Of a stretch of 64,000 bases of DNA, positions 49,404 to 59,503 are shown piece by piece. Origin of the DNA: Thermoproteota archaeon (GTDB lineage Archaea > Thermoproteota > Thermoprotei > Gearchaeales > Gearchaeaceae); NCBI GenBank assembly GCA_021324265.1, contig JAJPJK010000018.1:5404-69403 (forward strand), read 5' to 3'. Each line of letters starts with the position of its first letter. Positions within the stretch are counted from its first letter, which is position 1. A program made the translations under genes and the position numbers. The notes beneath the pieces were generated by a model, which saw only the letters and a program-made list of their open reading frames with translations, did not search any database and was not told the origin of the DNA.

Positions 49404-51001
49404 TAAGATATGCTGCTTTTTATCAGCTTAAGAATTCTATCCTTTTCCGCAGCCTGAATTAGTGATACTAACTTTGGTCCACTATCCTTGCCAAGTATAA
49501 TGTTGTAGAGTAATCTAAAGCCTTCTTTTGGCTGAACGTCATTGGTTCTGATCGTATTATAAAGTTTCGTTTCTAGCAAAGTAACGTCTTTACCATCCCA
49601 ACTCTCTATTATTGCATAGATTTGTTCCAACAGCTTTCTTTCTTTTTCATTAAGCTTAGCTTTAAATCCCTCTTGTACCTTATCTTGAATTCTGATTCTC
49701 ATATTTTCGGGAGCATATTTTTCAACCCAGTAAGATACTTTTGCAGAATATTTATCTAAGAAATCTAAATCTTCGCTGCTCACTTCTTTCTTTACGTATC
49801 CTATTCTTTCGAGCTTTCTTAGTAGTTCTTCTTTCCTATTTTCCTTGGGAAGAATTTGAACTAGGATGGCTAAGATTGTATATGGTACTTGGATCCCAAT
49901 CTTCTTGGGCGCATTGAAATCATTTGCTGCCTCATAGCTAAACTTGATATCGTAGATCAGGTCTTTTACGGGAGGTTCTTCTAATCCGAAGTATATCCTT
50001 TCTGCTTTATCATATTCTTCATGGATCTGTGGGACAGTTGTTGAAGGATTGAAATCAAGGTGAGTTTTTTCCTTTGATATGACATACCAATATTTTAAGA
50101 CCTCTGGCCTTCCTACTCGTAACCACTCATCAACATCAAATGAAACACCTTCTGAACTACCCATTGGCTCTCTTTTTCCTTCCTTTATTAAGCTCACCCA
50201 TTCATAAGCTAACCCTTTTGGATATTCTAAACCAAATACTTCCTTGTATAGCTCATTACAACTATCTCTACTACCTCCAGCAGCCGCATGATCTTTTCCA
50301 TAAAATTCTATATCAACTAGGAAAGTATACCAAAGGCTAACCCATTCTGCACGCCATTCAAGCTTTCCATAATTTATCCTAGTTTTCCCTACATGGCTAC
50401 ACTTCTGGCAGCTGTATTCAACTTCTTCACCGTTTATCGAATTGACCCTAGTAGTCAATATATTATGGCATTTTTCGCAAAGTGGTTTTAATGGGACCCA
50501 ATTCGGGGCCAATTTTTCTCCTTTATACTTGTTCAGAACTTTCCTAGCTTTTTCCCTGTTGTCTATGAATATTTTTATAGCCTCTTTCATCCTAGGATGG
50601 TTTTCGTAGATTTCATGAGTAAAAACTGGCCTCGCTGTTATACCATATGCTTCGTAGGTTGTTTTGTAAGGTTCGTAAAAATGCTCAACCCAGTTTTTAT
50701 GGCAGCCTTTTGGATCTTCTACGTTTAATATTCTAACGCCCTTCCATTCTTCAATGAACTGTTTCGTGACTAAGGGTTCCTTGGCTTTCAAAGGATCTTG
50801 TGTATAGATCACCACGATATGATCTACTTCCTTTCCTTGTCTCCTAAGCATTCTTGCTATCATTGAGGGGTAAATTACCTCTCCTCTTAGCTTACCTATA
50901 TGAATAGGGCCCGATACAGCCATTCCTCCACTGACAACATAGCGATCCTTGTTATCCTTTAGTACCTCGTCTACAAATCGTTCAAGCCAGTTCTTGACCA
51001 T
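49403..51001 (-). CDS. lysS: Lysyl-tRNA synthetase class I
   Basis: SGPIHIG, GKDH, MGSSEG, GPKL. Confidence 0.95.
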   Translation of the reverse strand: MVKNWLERFVDEVLKDNKDRYVVSGGMAVSGPIHIGKLRGEVIYPSMIARMLRRQGKEVDHIVVIYTQDPLKAKEPLVTKQFIEEWKGVRILNVEDPKGCHKNWVEHFYEPYKTTYEAYGITARPVFTHEIYENHPRMKEAIKIFIDNREKARKVLNKYKGEKLAPNWVPLKPLCEKCHNILTTRVNSINGEEVEYSCQKCSHVGKTRINYGKLEWRAEWVSLWYTFLVDIEFYGKDHAAAGGSRDSCNELYKEVFGLEYPKGLAYEWVSLIKEGKREPMGSSEGVSFDVDEWLRVGRPEVLKYWYVISKEKTHLDFNPSTTVPQIHEEYDKAERIYFGLEEPPVKDLIYDIKFSYEAANDFNAPKKIGIQVPYTILAILVQILPKENRKEELLRKLERIGYVKKEVSSEDLDFLDKYSAKVSYWVEKYAPENMRIRIQDKVQEGFKAKLNEKERKLLEQIYAIIESWDGKDVTLLETKLYNTIRTNDVQPKEGFRLLYNIILGKDSGPKLVSLIQAAEKDRILKLIKSSIS

Positions 51002-51288
51002 TAGAAATACCTTTTCTCCTTTTCTCTTTCTTCTTCAGATCTAACCTTCCTAATTCCTCTGAATACTGCACAGGATACACAATATACCACTGTAACGGGT
51101 GCCTTGATTATCCTAGCCCCTTTTTTCTCCAATTCCGCTGCAAGTTGTGGATCTAAGAAGGATTGGTCCTTAGTAACTTTTATCGCTTTTCCTCTGGGAA
51201 TAAGCCTGCCGCATCCATCACAGGATAACAATGAATCCCTTCCTTTAGCTCCCTTAGCTCTTCCTCTGCTCTTCCTCTTCTTCGGCAA
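51001..51288 (-). CDS. rps26e: 30S ribosomal protein eS26
   Basis: MPKKRKSRGR..CDGCG..PRGKA..CVSCA. Confidence 0.96.
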   Translation of the reverse strand: MPKKRKSRGRAKGAKGRDSLLSCDGCGRLIPRGKAIKVTKDQSFLDPQLAAELEKKGARIIKAPVTVVYCVSCAVFRGIRKVRSEEEREKEKRYF

Positions 51289-51341
51289 TATAACTCACCA
51301 TACAATCTTAGTTTTGTAGATTAATAATCTTTCCTAGCCTA

Positions 51342-52757
51342 CTAATATTTTTTTGCTAGATATCCTATTTTCTCAGTCTCCTTTGAACATACAATACAGA
51401 AACCCTTAATCCTTTGCTTAGCATCGTAGCCTATGAATCTTGTACCTTTGACGCTTTCTTCAACATGCATTCCGCATTCTTCATTTGAGCATATGTTGAA
51501 CATTGCTACCTTTCCACTGTTTATAATATTCTCAAGATCTGATACTTTCTTGACCCTTTCAATCCTACTAAACATTTCATTTCTTATTTTTTCCCTCAAC
51601 TTAGTTTCCATTTCTATGAGAGCGCTTTTTAAACTCTTGAAAAGCGCATCAAGCTCAATAACACTTTTATTTCTAAGTCTCGTCGCTATGGTTACCTTTC
51701 TTTCCTTTAATTCCTTAGGTCCCACTTCAATTCTAATAGGTATGCCTGCTCTCTCCCATTCATAAAATTTCTCTCCAGGCGTTTTATCGGGATCGTCATC
51801 TAAAATTACTTTATATCCCGCAATTTCAAGGATTTCCTTGATTTCATTCGCGTATTTTGAGATTTCAGCTTTGTTATATTCATAATATATGGGCACGATG
51901 ACGATTTGAATAGGTGCGATGCTTGGCAGCAATATCGCTCCTGTATCATCTGCATAATGGATAATCAGTGAGGCTACAGCTCTTTCGGAGATCCCATAAC
52001 TAAGCATATATAACCAGTCGTATTCTCCATTTTTCTTCATGAATTTAGCATCAAATACTTTAGAGAAGCTCTGCCCTAAGTAATGCACAGAACCTATCTG
52101 GAGTGTTTTCCCATCGGGCAAAATCGTATCAAATGTGACAGTGATCTCGGCGCCTGGAAATCTATCCCAAGCAGGTCTTTCTGGCGTTATATAAGGTATT
52201 CCTAGTCTGTCGAAAATCTCTTTATAAGCGTTGTAAGCTTCTTCGAATTGCAGTAATGCATCTTCCCTTGATTCGTGAAAAGTAAATGCTTCCTTGAATG
52301 TGGTGACTTCTCTCACTCTTATCATAGGTCTTGTAGCTTCAGTTTCATATCTAAAGATGCTTACTATTTGAAAGACTTTCAAAGGTAGATCTCTATACGA
52401 AGAAATTCTATCCTTGAATACATATGTCATAGCAGTTTCACTTGTTGGCCTCAAAGCCAACTCTATATCAAGTTTTGTAGTCCCTCCCTTCGTTACCCAG
52501 TATACCTGTTCAAGAAATCCTGCAATGTGCTTTGCCTCTTTTTCAAGCATGTCTTTAGGTATGAGCATCGGCAGAAGAACTTCTTTATGCCCTGTCTTAT
52601 AGAGTACTTCTCTGATTATCTCTATTACACGTTGCCTAATTTCAAAACCATAAGGTAACCATATCCCACAACCTTTTACGGGATACTTGCCATACTCATA
52701 AATCTTAGCTGATGTGAGTATCTTGTCGAATCTCTCGATCAAACTTTCTTCTTCCAT
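51342..52757 (-). CDS. proS: Prolyl-tRNA synthetase (archaeal type)
   Basis: [27 protein letters not shown]-terminal zinc site. Confidence 0.96.
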   Translation of the reverse strand: MEEESLIERFDKILTSAKIYEYGKYPVKGCGIWLPYGFEIRQRVIEIIREVLYKTGHKEVLLPMLIPKDMLEKEAKHIAGFLEQVYWVTKGGTTKLDIELALRPTSETAMTYVFKDRISSYRDLPLKVFQIVSIFRYETEATRPMIRVREVTTFKEAFTFHESREDALLQFEEAYNAYKEIFDRLGIPYITPERPAWDRFPGAEITVTFDTILPDGKTLQIGSVHYLGQSFSKVFDAKFMKKNGEYDWLYMLSYGISERAVASLIIHYADDTGAILLPSIAPIQIVIVPIYYEYNKAEISKYANEIKEILEIAGYKVILDDDPDKTPGEKFYEWERAGIPIRIEVGPKELKERKVTIATRLRNKSVIELDALFKSLKSALIEMETKLREKIRNEMFSRIERVKKVSDLENIINSGKVAMFNICSNEECGMHVEESVKGTRFIGYDAKQRIKGFCIVCSKETEKIGYLAKKY

Positions 52758-52795
52758 CTATCTATTTTATTAAGCGCAAACTTAAAAAACGATGA

Positions 52796-53566
52796 TCATT
52801 CGACGCTTTTCCTTGCCCATGTTATGTAACCTGTATGGGCTATCATGGATGTTTTAGGTCTGAGCTTTTCAGGTTCAGCTTGATATTCCCTTTCGATTAT
52901 TTCTGTGACATGAATGTCAACGAAATTTTTTTCTCTTAGTGCTCTAACAGTTTTTTCTATTTGATTTACTGTAGGAGAAAAAACTACGATTATTCCTGAA
53001 TCTCTAAGTGATCTATAGGCGTTTTCTAAAACTTCCCAAGGGTCAGCGATATCAATTACTATAGAATCTACATTTTCTTCATCTATGCCTTCCTTAGCAT
53101 TCTTTAGCTTCAATGTAACGTAATTGCTTAGCCCCAACTTTTCAATGTTCAATTTAGCTAGGTTAAAGAATTCTTCTCTCATCTCATAGGAGTATACATG
53201 TCCTTCTGGTCTAACTAACGAGGCTAAGACACAAGTTAAGGCACCACTACCTGTTCCGATTTCTACAACCTTTGATCCGCTAGTTATTCCTGATATCAGT
53301 GCTATGTATCCAGCATCCTTTGGGTAAATTATCTGCGTTTTCCTTGCGAGTTTTATTATGAAATCTCTAATCGTTGGCTTCAAAAGAAGGAAATCCCATC
53401 CGCTACTGCTTTTGACACTTGAGCCATATCTTTTTCCTATTATCTCATCGATTAAAATGAAACCCTTATGTGTGTGGAATTTATTACCCTTCTCTGCTTT
53501 TACAAGATATTTTCTTTTTTCATCTAGGTAAAGTAGCACGTAGTCATTTTCCTTAATGCTATCCAT
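52796..53566 (-). CDS. trmI: tRNA (adenine-N1)-methyltransferase
   Basis: TQIIYPKD, EIGTGSG, HTGY. Confidence 0.94.
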   Translation of the reverse strand: MDSIKENDYVLLYLDEKRKYLVKAEKGNKFHTHKGFILIDEIIGKRYGSSVKSSSGWDFLLLKPTIRDFIIKLARKTQIIYPKDAGYIALISGITSGSKVVEIGTGSGALTCVLASLVRPEGHVYSYEMREEFFNLAKLNIEKLGLSNYVTLKLKNAKEGIDEENVDSIVIDIADPWEVLENAYRSLRDSGIIVVFSPTVNQIEKTVRALREKNFVDIHVTEIIEREYQAEPEKLRPKTSMIAHTGYITWARKSVE

Positions 53567-53756
53567 ATTTCTCCTTCATTTTCAGTTTTTTAACTAATTC
53601 GCTAGCGATATATGCGTTATCGAAGATTCCATATTGAACACTATTCGCTACATTGAATTTCTTCCCACATCTGCTGCACATCCTAGTTTTGTAGTGAGCA
53701 TAAAACGCTTGAATCTCACCGCAATTAGGGCATTTAGCGACTCTTATCTTACTCAT
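53559..53756 (-). CDS. Small zinc-ribbon protein (DUF1922-like)
   Basis: CPNCG...KTRMCSRCG. Confidence 0.8.
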   Translation of the reverse strand: MSKIRVAKCPNCGEIQAFYAHYKTRMCSRCGKKFNVANSVQYGIFDNAYIASELVKKLKMKEKYG

Positions 53757-53920
53757 CCACTCAATTTCTTCTCTATTTCCTCTACCTTTTTTAATAACAA
53801 ATCTAGTTTCTTATCGATACTGACTATCCTTCTAACTATCTCAAGCTCATAATCTCTATTAATTCCACCTAAAATATCTGGTCTATTAGATAGCAATTTT
53901 TTTAGATCATCCTTCTCCAT
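53753..53920 (-). CDS. Small coiled-coil hypothetical protein (55 aa, not in ORF track)
   Basis: MEKDDLKKLLSNRPDILGG...IDKKLDLLLKKVEEIEKKLSG; ATGA overlap with the next gene. Confidence 0.65.
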   Translation of the reverse strand: MEKDDLKKLLSNRPDILGGINRDYELEIVRRIVSIDKKLDLLLKKVEEIEKKLSG

Positions 53921-53954
53921 AATAAGATAAGTCTTGAGTAGGTAAATAACTTAA

Positions 53955-54515
53955 ATGAGCTTTTCAGATTTTTTGCAAAAAACGTCTGAATCAAAGATGA
54001 GATTGTTATTTATAAAAAAGGTGAGCAGAAAATCTGTCTTCATGAATATTTTGAATTTGTTACAATCGCCGTATTATTCAGGAGTTATCCTTGGAATAAG
54101 TGTTATGTTAAAATACGGCGAATTCTTGTCCAACTTCCTTTCAGACTGTTATAGATTAAACGTGAAATCTGTATTGGATTTTCCTATAATATCTGGCTTT
54201 ATAGAAGAAGAGCTATTCACCTTTATTTCTAATCTAGGTTTCGACGCTTTGATAACACTACCTGATGCAGAAATAAGCAAGTTCATTAGAAAGCATGGAA
54301 TGGGTCTAATCTGTTACGGTTACGTAGAAGGAAGAGCATCGCTCAATGAACTAATTTCAGCAAATTTAAGAAATATAGACTGCGATGGTATTTTCACATT
54401 AAATGCCAATAAGGAAATGATCTCGTTACTAAAAATAAATTTTAGAAAAGTAACTATGAATCTGGGCGAAGTAAAAGGCGATATCGAGATTGAAATTTTT
54501 AGGGACCTAACATGA
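53955..54515 (+). CDS. Degenerate OMP decarboxylase-like protein
   Basis: PyrF-like layout (MSF..RL, G..G..L.YG, VLDF, GFDALI) but no DxKxxD. Confidence 0.5.
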   Translation: MSFSDFLQKTSESKMRLLFIKKVSRKSVFMNILNLLQSPYYSGVILGISVMLKYGEFLSNFLSDCYRLNVKSVLDFPIISGFIEEELFTFISNLGFDALITLPDAEISKFIRKHGMGLICYGYVEGRASLNELISANLRNIDCDGIFTLNANKEMISLLKINFRKVTMNLGEVKGDIEIEIFRDLT

Positions 54516-54678
54516 TCTTCAGTCTTTCATCTAACTTCTTTGTTTCCTCTTCTTTCCTAAATAGATCAAGCAATGCAAATCTTATCAATTCACTTCTACT
54601 AGTGAATCTACCTTGTTGAATTAGTTTATCTATTCGCTCCAGATAAGCCTCCGGTAACTTTATTGAGATTATCTTCAT
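54499..54678 (-). CDS. Ribbon-helix-helix regulator (CopG/CdrS-like, 59 aa, not in ORF track)
   Basis: [39 protein letters not shown]. Confidence 0.88.
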   Translation of the reverse strand: MKIISIKLPEAYLERIDKLIQQGRFTSRSELIRFALLDLFRKEEETKKLDERLKIMLGP

Positions 54679-54726
54679 ATTACCTCGGTATTACTATCTT
54701 GGGTCTGATAAAAGTATTATCTTCTT

Positions 54727-55587
54727 ATGAAGAGAGCTAACTTTAGAATGGCTTTTTCATCACAAAAAACTAGAATACGCACAAAAAAACGCACTCCTGA
54801 GCGCTTAAAGTTTCAGTTAAGCCTTCTTGATGAGATCGCTTATGAAGGTTTTCCATCTAACTCTTTTATACTGATTTCTGGTGAAGGCGGAATTGCCAAG
54901 TCTACGATACTTCAATGTTTGGCCAACAAATTTATAGAAAGTCGATTTCCATGCATATATCTTTGCGTCGACGAGCATCCTTTATCTGTTTATCAGAACA
55001 TGTGCTTACATGGATTCAAGTTAAAGAAATACTTGAAGAAAGGAATCTTTCAGTTCATCGATCTGTTCACATATAAGTTGAATTTGCAGAATGAAGAATT
55101 CGATTTCTTGAAAAATTCTCTTGTAGTAAATTATCCCATCAATTGGCAGAGCTTGCTCAATACGGTTGTATCTTATGTAACGCTTTTAGAATCAAGATAT
55201 GGGAAGGCATTAGTGATAATAGATTCTCTTACAGAGTTGTTGAATAAGTTAGATGTTAATTCTGTTCTCGATTTAATGAAGGCATTAAGATTTGAGATTT
55301 GTAAGAAAAGGAATCATCCAATCTTTGCTAGCTCCCATTTCGGGATAAAGACATTCGAAGAGTTTGAGCAAATACTCGAGTATCATGTAGACGGCATCAT
55401 AGATTTGAGATATGATCCCGTAGCTATGCAGTATGGATCATTAGTTAAGCAGTTGCGTATAAGAAAACTTCGTGCTTCAAGATACCAGAGCAAATGGTAT
55501 TCTTTTGATATTGGAAATGGTGATTTGATAAAGTCAGAGGTTGATACTATTCCTCAAAAGTTAGGGAGCTTAAATATCAATTTATAA
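54727..55587 (+). CDS. KaiC/RAD55-like RecA-superfamily ATPase
   Basis: GFP..ILISGEGGIAKS (variant Walker A), VIIDS, DGIIDL, RIRKLR. Confidence 0.85.
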   Translation: MKRANFRMAFSSQKTRIRTKKRTPERLKFQLSLLDEIAYEGFPSNSFILISGEGGIAKSTILQCLANKFIESRFPCIYLCVDEHPLSVYQNMCLHGFKLKKYLKKGIFQFIDLFTYKLNLQNEEFDFLKNSLVVNYPINWQSLLNTVVSYVTLLESRYGKALVIIDSLTELLNKLDVNSVLDLMKALRFEICKKRNHPIFASSHFGIKTFEEFEQILEYHVDGIIDLRYDPVAMQYGSLVKQLRIRKLRASRYQSKWYSFDIGNGDLIKSEVDTIPQKLGSLNINL

Positions 55588-55602
55588 AGACTATGTAGAG
55601 AG

Positions 55603-55911
55603 ATGACCGAAAATGAAAAACTGAGCAGACTAGTTGTTGAAGCGTTATTATTGTTGGAGGCGATACCAAAATTTTATGGCATCAATTTAACTGAAGAGAA
55701 TGTCGAAAGCGTTCTCTACTTGGTCTATGGCCTTAATGAGAAGCAAGCCATTACTTTAATTGAAACTTCACGAGGCAAAGTATTCGAAGATTCAGCATAT
55801 GTAGTAAAAAAAGCCAGAAAGGAGCTATACAAGTTTTTAAGCTGCATGGGTAAAATAGTAGTAGTAGAGGCTTTCTTTGAAACTGGTGCATATGAATTCA
55901 GAACAACTTGA
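55603..55911 (+). CDS. Hypothetical protein
   Basis: 102-aa ORF co-oriented with neighbours. Confidence 0.55.
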   Translation: MTENEKLSRLVVEALLLLEAIPKFYGINLTEENVESVLYLVYGLNEKQAITLIETSRGKVFEDSAYVVKKARKELYKFLSCMGKIVVVEAFFETGAYEFRTT

Positions 55912-56260
55912 GAAATACGTGGTAAGCGTCGTAGAGAATGATAAGATCTTGTCAAAAATAGAGTTAATAAGGCATTTAAATCCCATCCTTATTGAAAGGA
56001 TTGTTCGTGTGCTACCTTTATCTTCCTTTATTTTAGTCCTTAAGGACAGAATACTGCTGAAGGTAACAGCCAACTATGGTGTAGCGAAGAAAAAGACCAT
56101 CCATGAAGTAGGCGATGTGGCTTTTGACTCGCTTAATAGCGCAATCATAATTTATACAGATAAAAGCGTTGATGAATTTGAGAATATAGGAAAGGTAAAG
56201 GAGGGACTAGAAAATCTCTATAAGTTAAAAACTGGTAATTTAGTTCTCCTTAAATTATAA
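55877..56260 (+). CDS. Cyclophilin-like fold protein
   Basis: ELIRHLNP..LP...GDVAF..N.IGKV pattern. Confidence 0.6.
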   Translation: MKLVHMNSEQLEKYVVSVVENDKILSKIELIRHLNPILIERIVRVLPLSSFILVLKDRILLKVTANYGVAKKKTIHEVGDVAFDSLNSAIIIYTDKSVDEFENIGKVKEGLENLYKLKTGNLVLLKL

Positions 56261-56596
56261 CTGAATGAAATCTGGTTTTTTGAATAATGTAATTATTGGT
56301 ATCGATATGTAACCTGCTTTAGTCTTATCCGCAAAAGTTATGCTCTCACCAGTTTCATCCACTTTCACGAGGATGTATTTACCTTCTTCTTTGTCAGTGC
56401 AATAATAGAATATAGGTACGCCATTCAAGTTGAAGTAATCATGAAATATAGCAAGCAACCCGTAATAATTTTCTTGTTCATACTTGAAATGAATCACATA
56501 AGCGGGTTGTCCTAGACTTATCATAAGAGCTGCGAATCTCGCAATATCTGATATTGAAGCCACCCTTATAGAATACAGCGGTCTTATTTCGGACAT
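56255..56596 (-). CDS. Conserved crenarchaeal hypothetical protein
   Basis: V.SISDIARFA, DYFNLNGVPIFYY, IPII pattern. Confidence 0.7.
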   Translation of the reverse strand: MSEIRPLYSIRVASISDIARFAALMISLGQPAYVIHFKYEQENYYGLLAIFHDYFNLNGVPIFYYCTDKEEGKYILVKVDETGESITFADKTKAGYISIPIITLFKKPDFIQL

Positions 56597-56677
56597 TACT
56601 TTAGAATGACTGTTCAGCCTTATTTCTTTATCTTTTTAACCTTAATGGGGGGTTAAAGGGGGCGGAGTAGTTCACTA

Positions 56678-57220
56678 TTATCTCCTCAGTATTTCTGTTT
56701 TGCTATTCAGTTTTACTCCGAAAAAATAAGTTAGCGCTGGAACAATGATGATGGTGCTTATGATACCGAAATAAAAGTAGGCTTGGAAGGCTACATTAAA
56801 ACTCGTTCGGAAAGTTATGGAATTAGCTAAGGATGATATCCATGCATAAAACGAGGCTGATATAAGGCATGCTAACACATTTACAACGATATGTGTTTTC
56901 TTCTCAGGTTCTTCCTTAAATAACACATTATGGAAAAGCAATACCATTGCAGTCGCAATGGAAAATAAAATAGAAAGTTGGACTGGCATTTTGATGATAT
57001 AGGAATAAGCAAAATATCCTATGAAACCGCCCAGAAGAGAAGAGTATTTCGTAGCGTAAGGAGTTACCAAAAAGATTAAGAAAAAAAGAGGCGCTACTGC
57101 GCTAATAAAATTATTTTGGAAAGGTAAATAGATGATAAAATAATTTATGAGTGGTATTAATATTATTAATAAGATAGTTCCTATAATCCCTTTCTTAAAA
57201 TTAGAAATTTTCTTAAACAT
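56678..57220 (-). CDS. Membrane protein, possibly ECF S-component-like
   Basis: About 5-6 TM segments, 180 aa, GGFIG motif. Confidence 0.55.
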   Translation of the reverse strand: MFKKISNFKKGIIGTILLIILIPLINYFIIYLPFQNNFISAVAPLFFLIFLVTPYATKYSSLLGGFIGYFAYSYIIKMPVQLSILFSIATAMVLLFHNVLFKEEPEKKTHIVVNVLACLISASFYAWISSLANSITFRTSFNVAFQAYFYFGIISTIIIVPALTYFFGVKLNSKTEILRR

Positions 57221-57242
57221 AAAAAATTAAAAAATTTTTCTT

Positions 57243-57596
57243 CTACTTTACTTTTTCTAGATGTATTTCGATAATTGATACGTCTCTTGCTTTTTCGCCT
57301 TCTCCGACTCGTTCTGTACCAATTTCAATCTTGGATACTGCAACAGCGCCTGGTAGGAATTTGTTCTTTAATATTTCCACAACATCGACGGCCCTCGAAA
57401 TGTTGGAGCCTCTAGCCTTCAAAACAGCTTTGCTGGATCCTCTTTGGAACTGCATCAGTGTAGCTACGACATAACCCATTATAGGCTTTTTGCCTATTAA
57501 CACAGTATTTTCGGGGATCGCTGTTCTCCTCTTTTCCTGTTCACCAACAACCGGAACGCCTTCGGATCTAGATTCTTCAGCTGACATGTTTCTCAC
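57243..57596 (-). CDS. albA: Chromatin protein Alba
   Basis: IGKKPIMGYV, KARGSNISRAVDV, VSIIEI. Confidence 0.96.
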   Translation of the reverse strand: MRNMSAEESRSEGVPVVGEQEKRRTAIPENTVLIGKKPIMGYVVATLMQFQRGSSKAVLKARGSNISRAVDVVEILKNKFLPGAVAVSKIEIGTERVGEGEKARDVSIIEIHLEKVK

Positions 57597-57636
57597 TCGT
57601 TAATAGAAAATTAAGATAGAGGTTACTTATAAATGT

Positions 57637-58875
57637 TTAGCTTCTTTGGTTTGAGTCTATGAACTCTCTTATTCTTTCGATCCCTTCTTTGATTAACTCA
57701 GGATTAAGCACTCCTGGAGATATGGATAATCTTGTCCATCCGTCCATTCCAAAGTCGATGCCAGGCGCTAAAGCTACTCTAACTTTCTCAAGTAAGTGTG
57801 TGCAAAATTCCCTAGAATTCGGATTTACAGAAGAGTGATTAAAGAAAAGGTAGAATGCACCTTTTGGTTCATTGAGGTAAAACTCAGGAATTTTGTCCCT
57901 TAGATATCTATAGCTCATAAGTGCTATTCCTTGGTAGGTCTCATTCCCTCTTTCAATGAATTCTTTTAAGCTCTTTATGTTATCCTCTTTTGAGATCATC
58001 TCAGCGAATACTTTTTGTATAAAACCGTTTGGGCATAAAGTTTTAAGTTGTTCTACAAGTTCGAAGTTTCTTATCATTTCTTTTGAAGCTATAACATATG
58101 CAAGCCTTAAACCTGGTATTCTCAATTCTTTCGAAAATGTACATATGAATATTTCATGTGGCTCCACAGCATTACTGAAATAACTTGGTTTCTCGGTGTA
58201 GCAGAATCCTCTATAAGCTAAGTCTGTTATCAAGAAGACCCCTTTTTCTTTAGCAATCTCAGAGATCTCGTTGAAGAGACGATCGCTAATAATTTGTCCG
58301 TCAGGATTACCTGGGCTTGCCAATATTATTGCTTTTGTTTTATCATTAACGAGTTCCTTCAATTGTTCAATGTTTGGCCCATAGGTGTAGTCATCTCTCA
58401 GTAAATTCCAATATTTAATTTTAACGTTCAGATTTCCTACAAAATAGGATTGTCTTGAAAAGTTCAAATAATGAGGTTTGGTGAGGATTACTTCATCGCC
58501 TTCATCTAATATAGCTTCCAATACTGTGAGGGCTATTTCAGTACTCCCGTTTGAGATCAAAATTTCACTTTCATTAATATCCCTACCATAAATCCCCTTC
58601 TCATAGTCTACGATTGCCGTTAATGTTTCTGTCAAACCTCTCGTAGGTCCATATTGAACAGCCCTTGAAAATTTTTCCTCGTTACTTATTACTTCTAACA
58701 TTGCCTCCTTTAGTAAAGAAGGAGGCGGATCCTGAGGCCATCCTCCAGCAAGATAAATCAATTTCTTTCCTTCCTTTGTTCCTCTTTTAGTGAATTCTTC
58801 TAAAAGATTCATGATTTCTCTTAGTGTATTTGGGTTGTTTCTCAAAAACTGAGCCTTTTTGGATGTTCTAGGCAT
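57637..58875 (-). CDS. PLP-dependent aminotransferase class I/II
   Basis: GNPDG, DLAY, TFSK..PGLRL. Confidence 0.92.
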   Translation of the reverse strand: MPRTSKKAQFLRNNPNTLREIMNLLEEFTKRGTKEGKKLIYLAGGWPQDPPPSLLKEAMLEVISNEEKFSRAVQYGPTRGLTETLTAIVDYEKGIYGRDINESEILISNGSTEIALTVLEAILDEGDEVILTKPHYLNFSRQSYFVGNLNVKIKYWNLLRDDYTYGPNIEQLKELVNDKTKAIILASPGNPDGQIISDRLFNEISEIAKEKGVFLITDLAYRGFCYTEKPSYFSNAVEPHEIFICTFSKELRIPGLRLAYVIASKEMIRNFELVEQLKTLCPNGFIQKVFAEMISKEDNIKSLKEFIERGNETYQGIALMSYRYLRDKIPEFYLNEPKGAFYLFFNHSSVNPNSREFCTHLLEKVRVALAPGIDFGMDGWTRLSISPGVLNPELIKEGIERIREFIDSNQRS

Positions 58876-58916
58876 AAAATTTAAGAAGCTTGAAAATTAA
58901 TTAAACCTATCGGCCA

Positions 58917-59240
58917 ATGGAAGTAGTATTTAGCGCACTTCTTATTTCGAAGACAATGTTTAGGGATAATAACGAATGGTATGTAAGACTTGAATTTTCG
59001 CAGGAAAAAGGGACGCCTCCTACTATTTCAAATCCTTCGATGGATCCTGCATTACAAGGCATTATACCCATTATGCAACAAGTTATGAGGAACATAATTC
59101 CTCAAGCTTCTTTAATGCCTAGATTGATTCTGATCTTGAGAGAAGACGAATGGGAAAAACTTGAAAATAAGCCAGATATAGGAGATGAAGTTACTATAAA
59201 ATTCTCTGATAATAAAGAAATAAGCTTTAGAAAAAGTTAG
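58917..59240 (+). CDS. Arcadin-1 homologue
   Basis: SK....YVRLE..EK, P..QQVMR, PRLILILREDEWE.L..DIGDEVTI, matching the Pyrobaculum arcadin-1 pattern as recalled. Confidence 0.8.
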   Translation: MEVVFSALLISKTMFRDNNEWYVRLEFSQEKGTPPTISNPSMDPALQGIIPIMQQVMRNIIPQASLMPRLILILREDEWEKLENKPDIGDEVTIKFSDNKEISFRKS

Positions 59241-59503
59241 GAAATTTCTGCTAGATATTCTTTACCTGTATCTGATCCTCTTTTTACCAGAAAAGGTAGC
59301 TTGCCTGCTTCAAGTTCTAAGGCCGCTATTTTTATTGGGTCTGTTAAGTTCTCCGGTACTTTGATTAAAGGCTCTGCACCTTGTAAAAGCTGCATCGCTC
59401 TTATCCCTATGAGCCTAGCTCTTTCGTATCTTATATCCTTGTAAGGTATATCAAATAAAGTAGGCAATTCTAATTTCTCACGTGTTTTTTTCTTAGAATT
59501 CAC
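59237..59503 (-). CDS. rpo6: RNA polymerase subunit Rpo6 (K)
   Basis: RYERARLIGIRAMQL..GA, IAALEL..GKLP; start placed at GTG 59503. Confidence 0.93.
   Translation of the reverse strand: MNSKKKTREKLELPTLFDIPYKDIRYERARLIGIRAMQLLQGAEPLIKVPENLTDPIKIAALELEAGKLPFLVKRGSDTGKEYLAEIS

Noticed and set aside
55566-55602. GAGC-TTAAATA-TCAATTT, resembling the shared promoter motif
   Set aside because: Lies mostly within the KaiC-like coding end, spacing to the ATG is 26 nt, and there is no GTGG or CG-ATG; too weak
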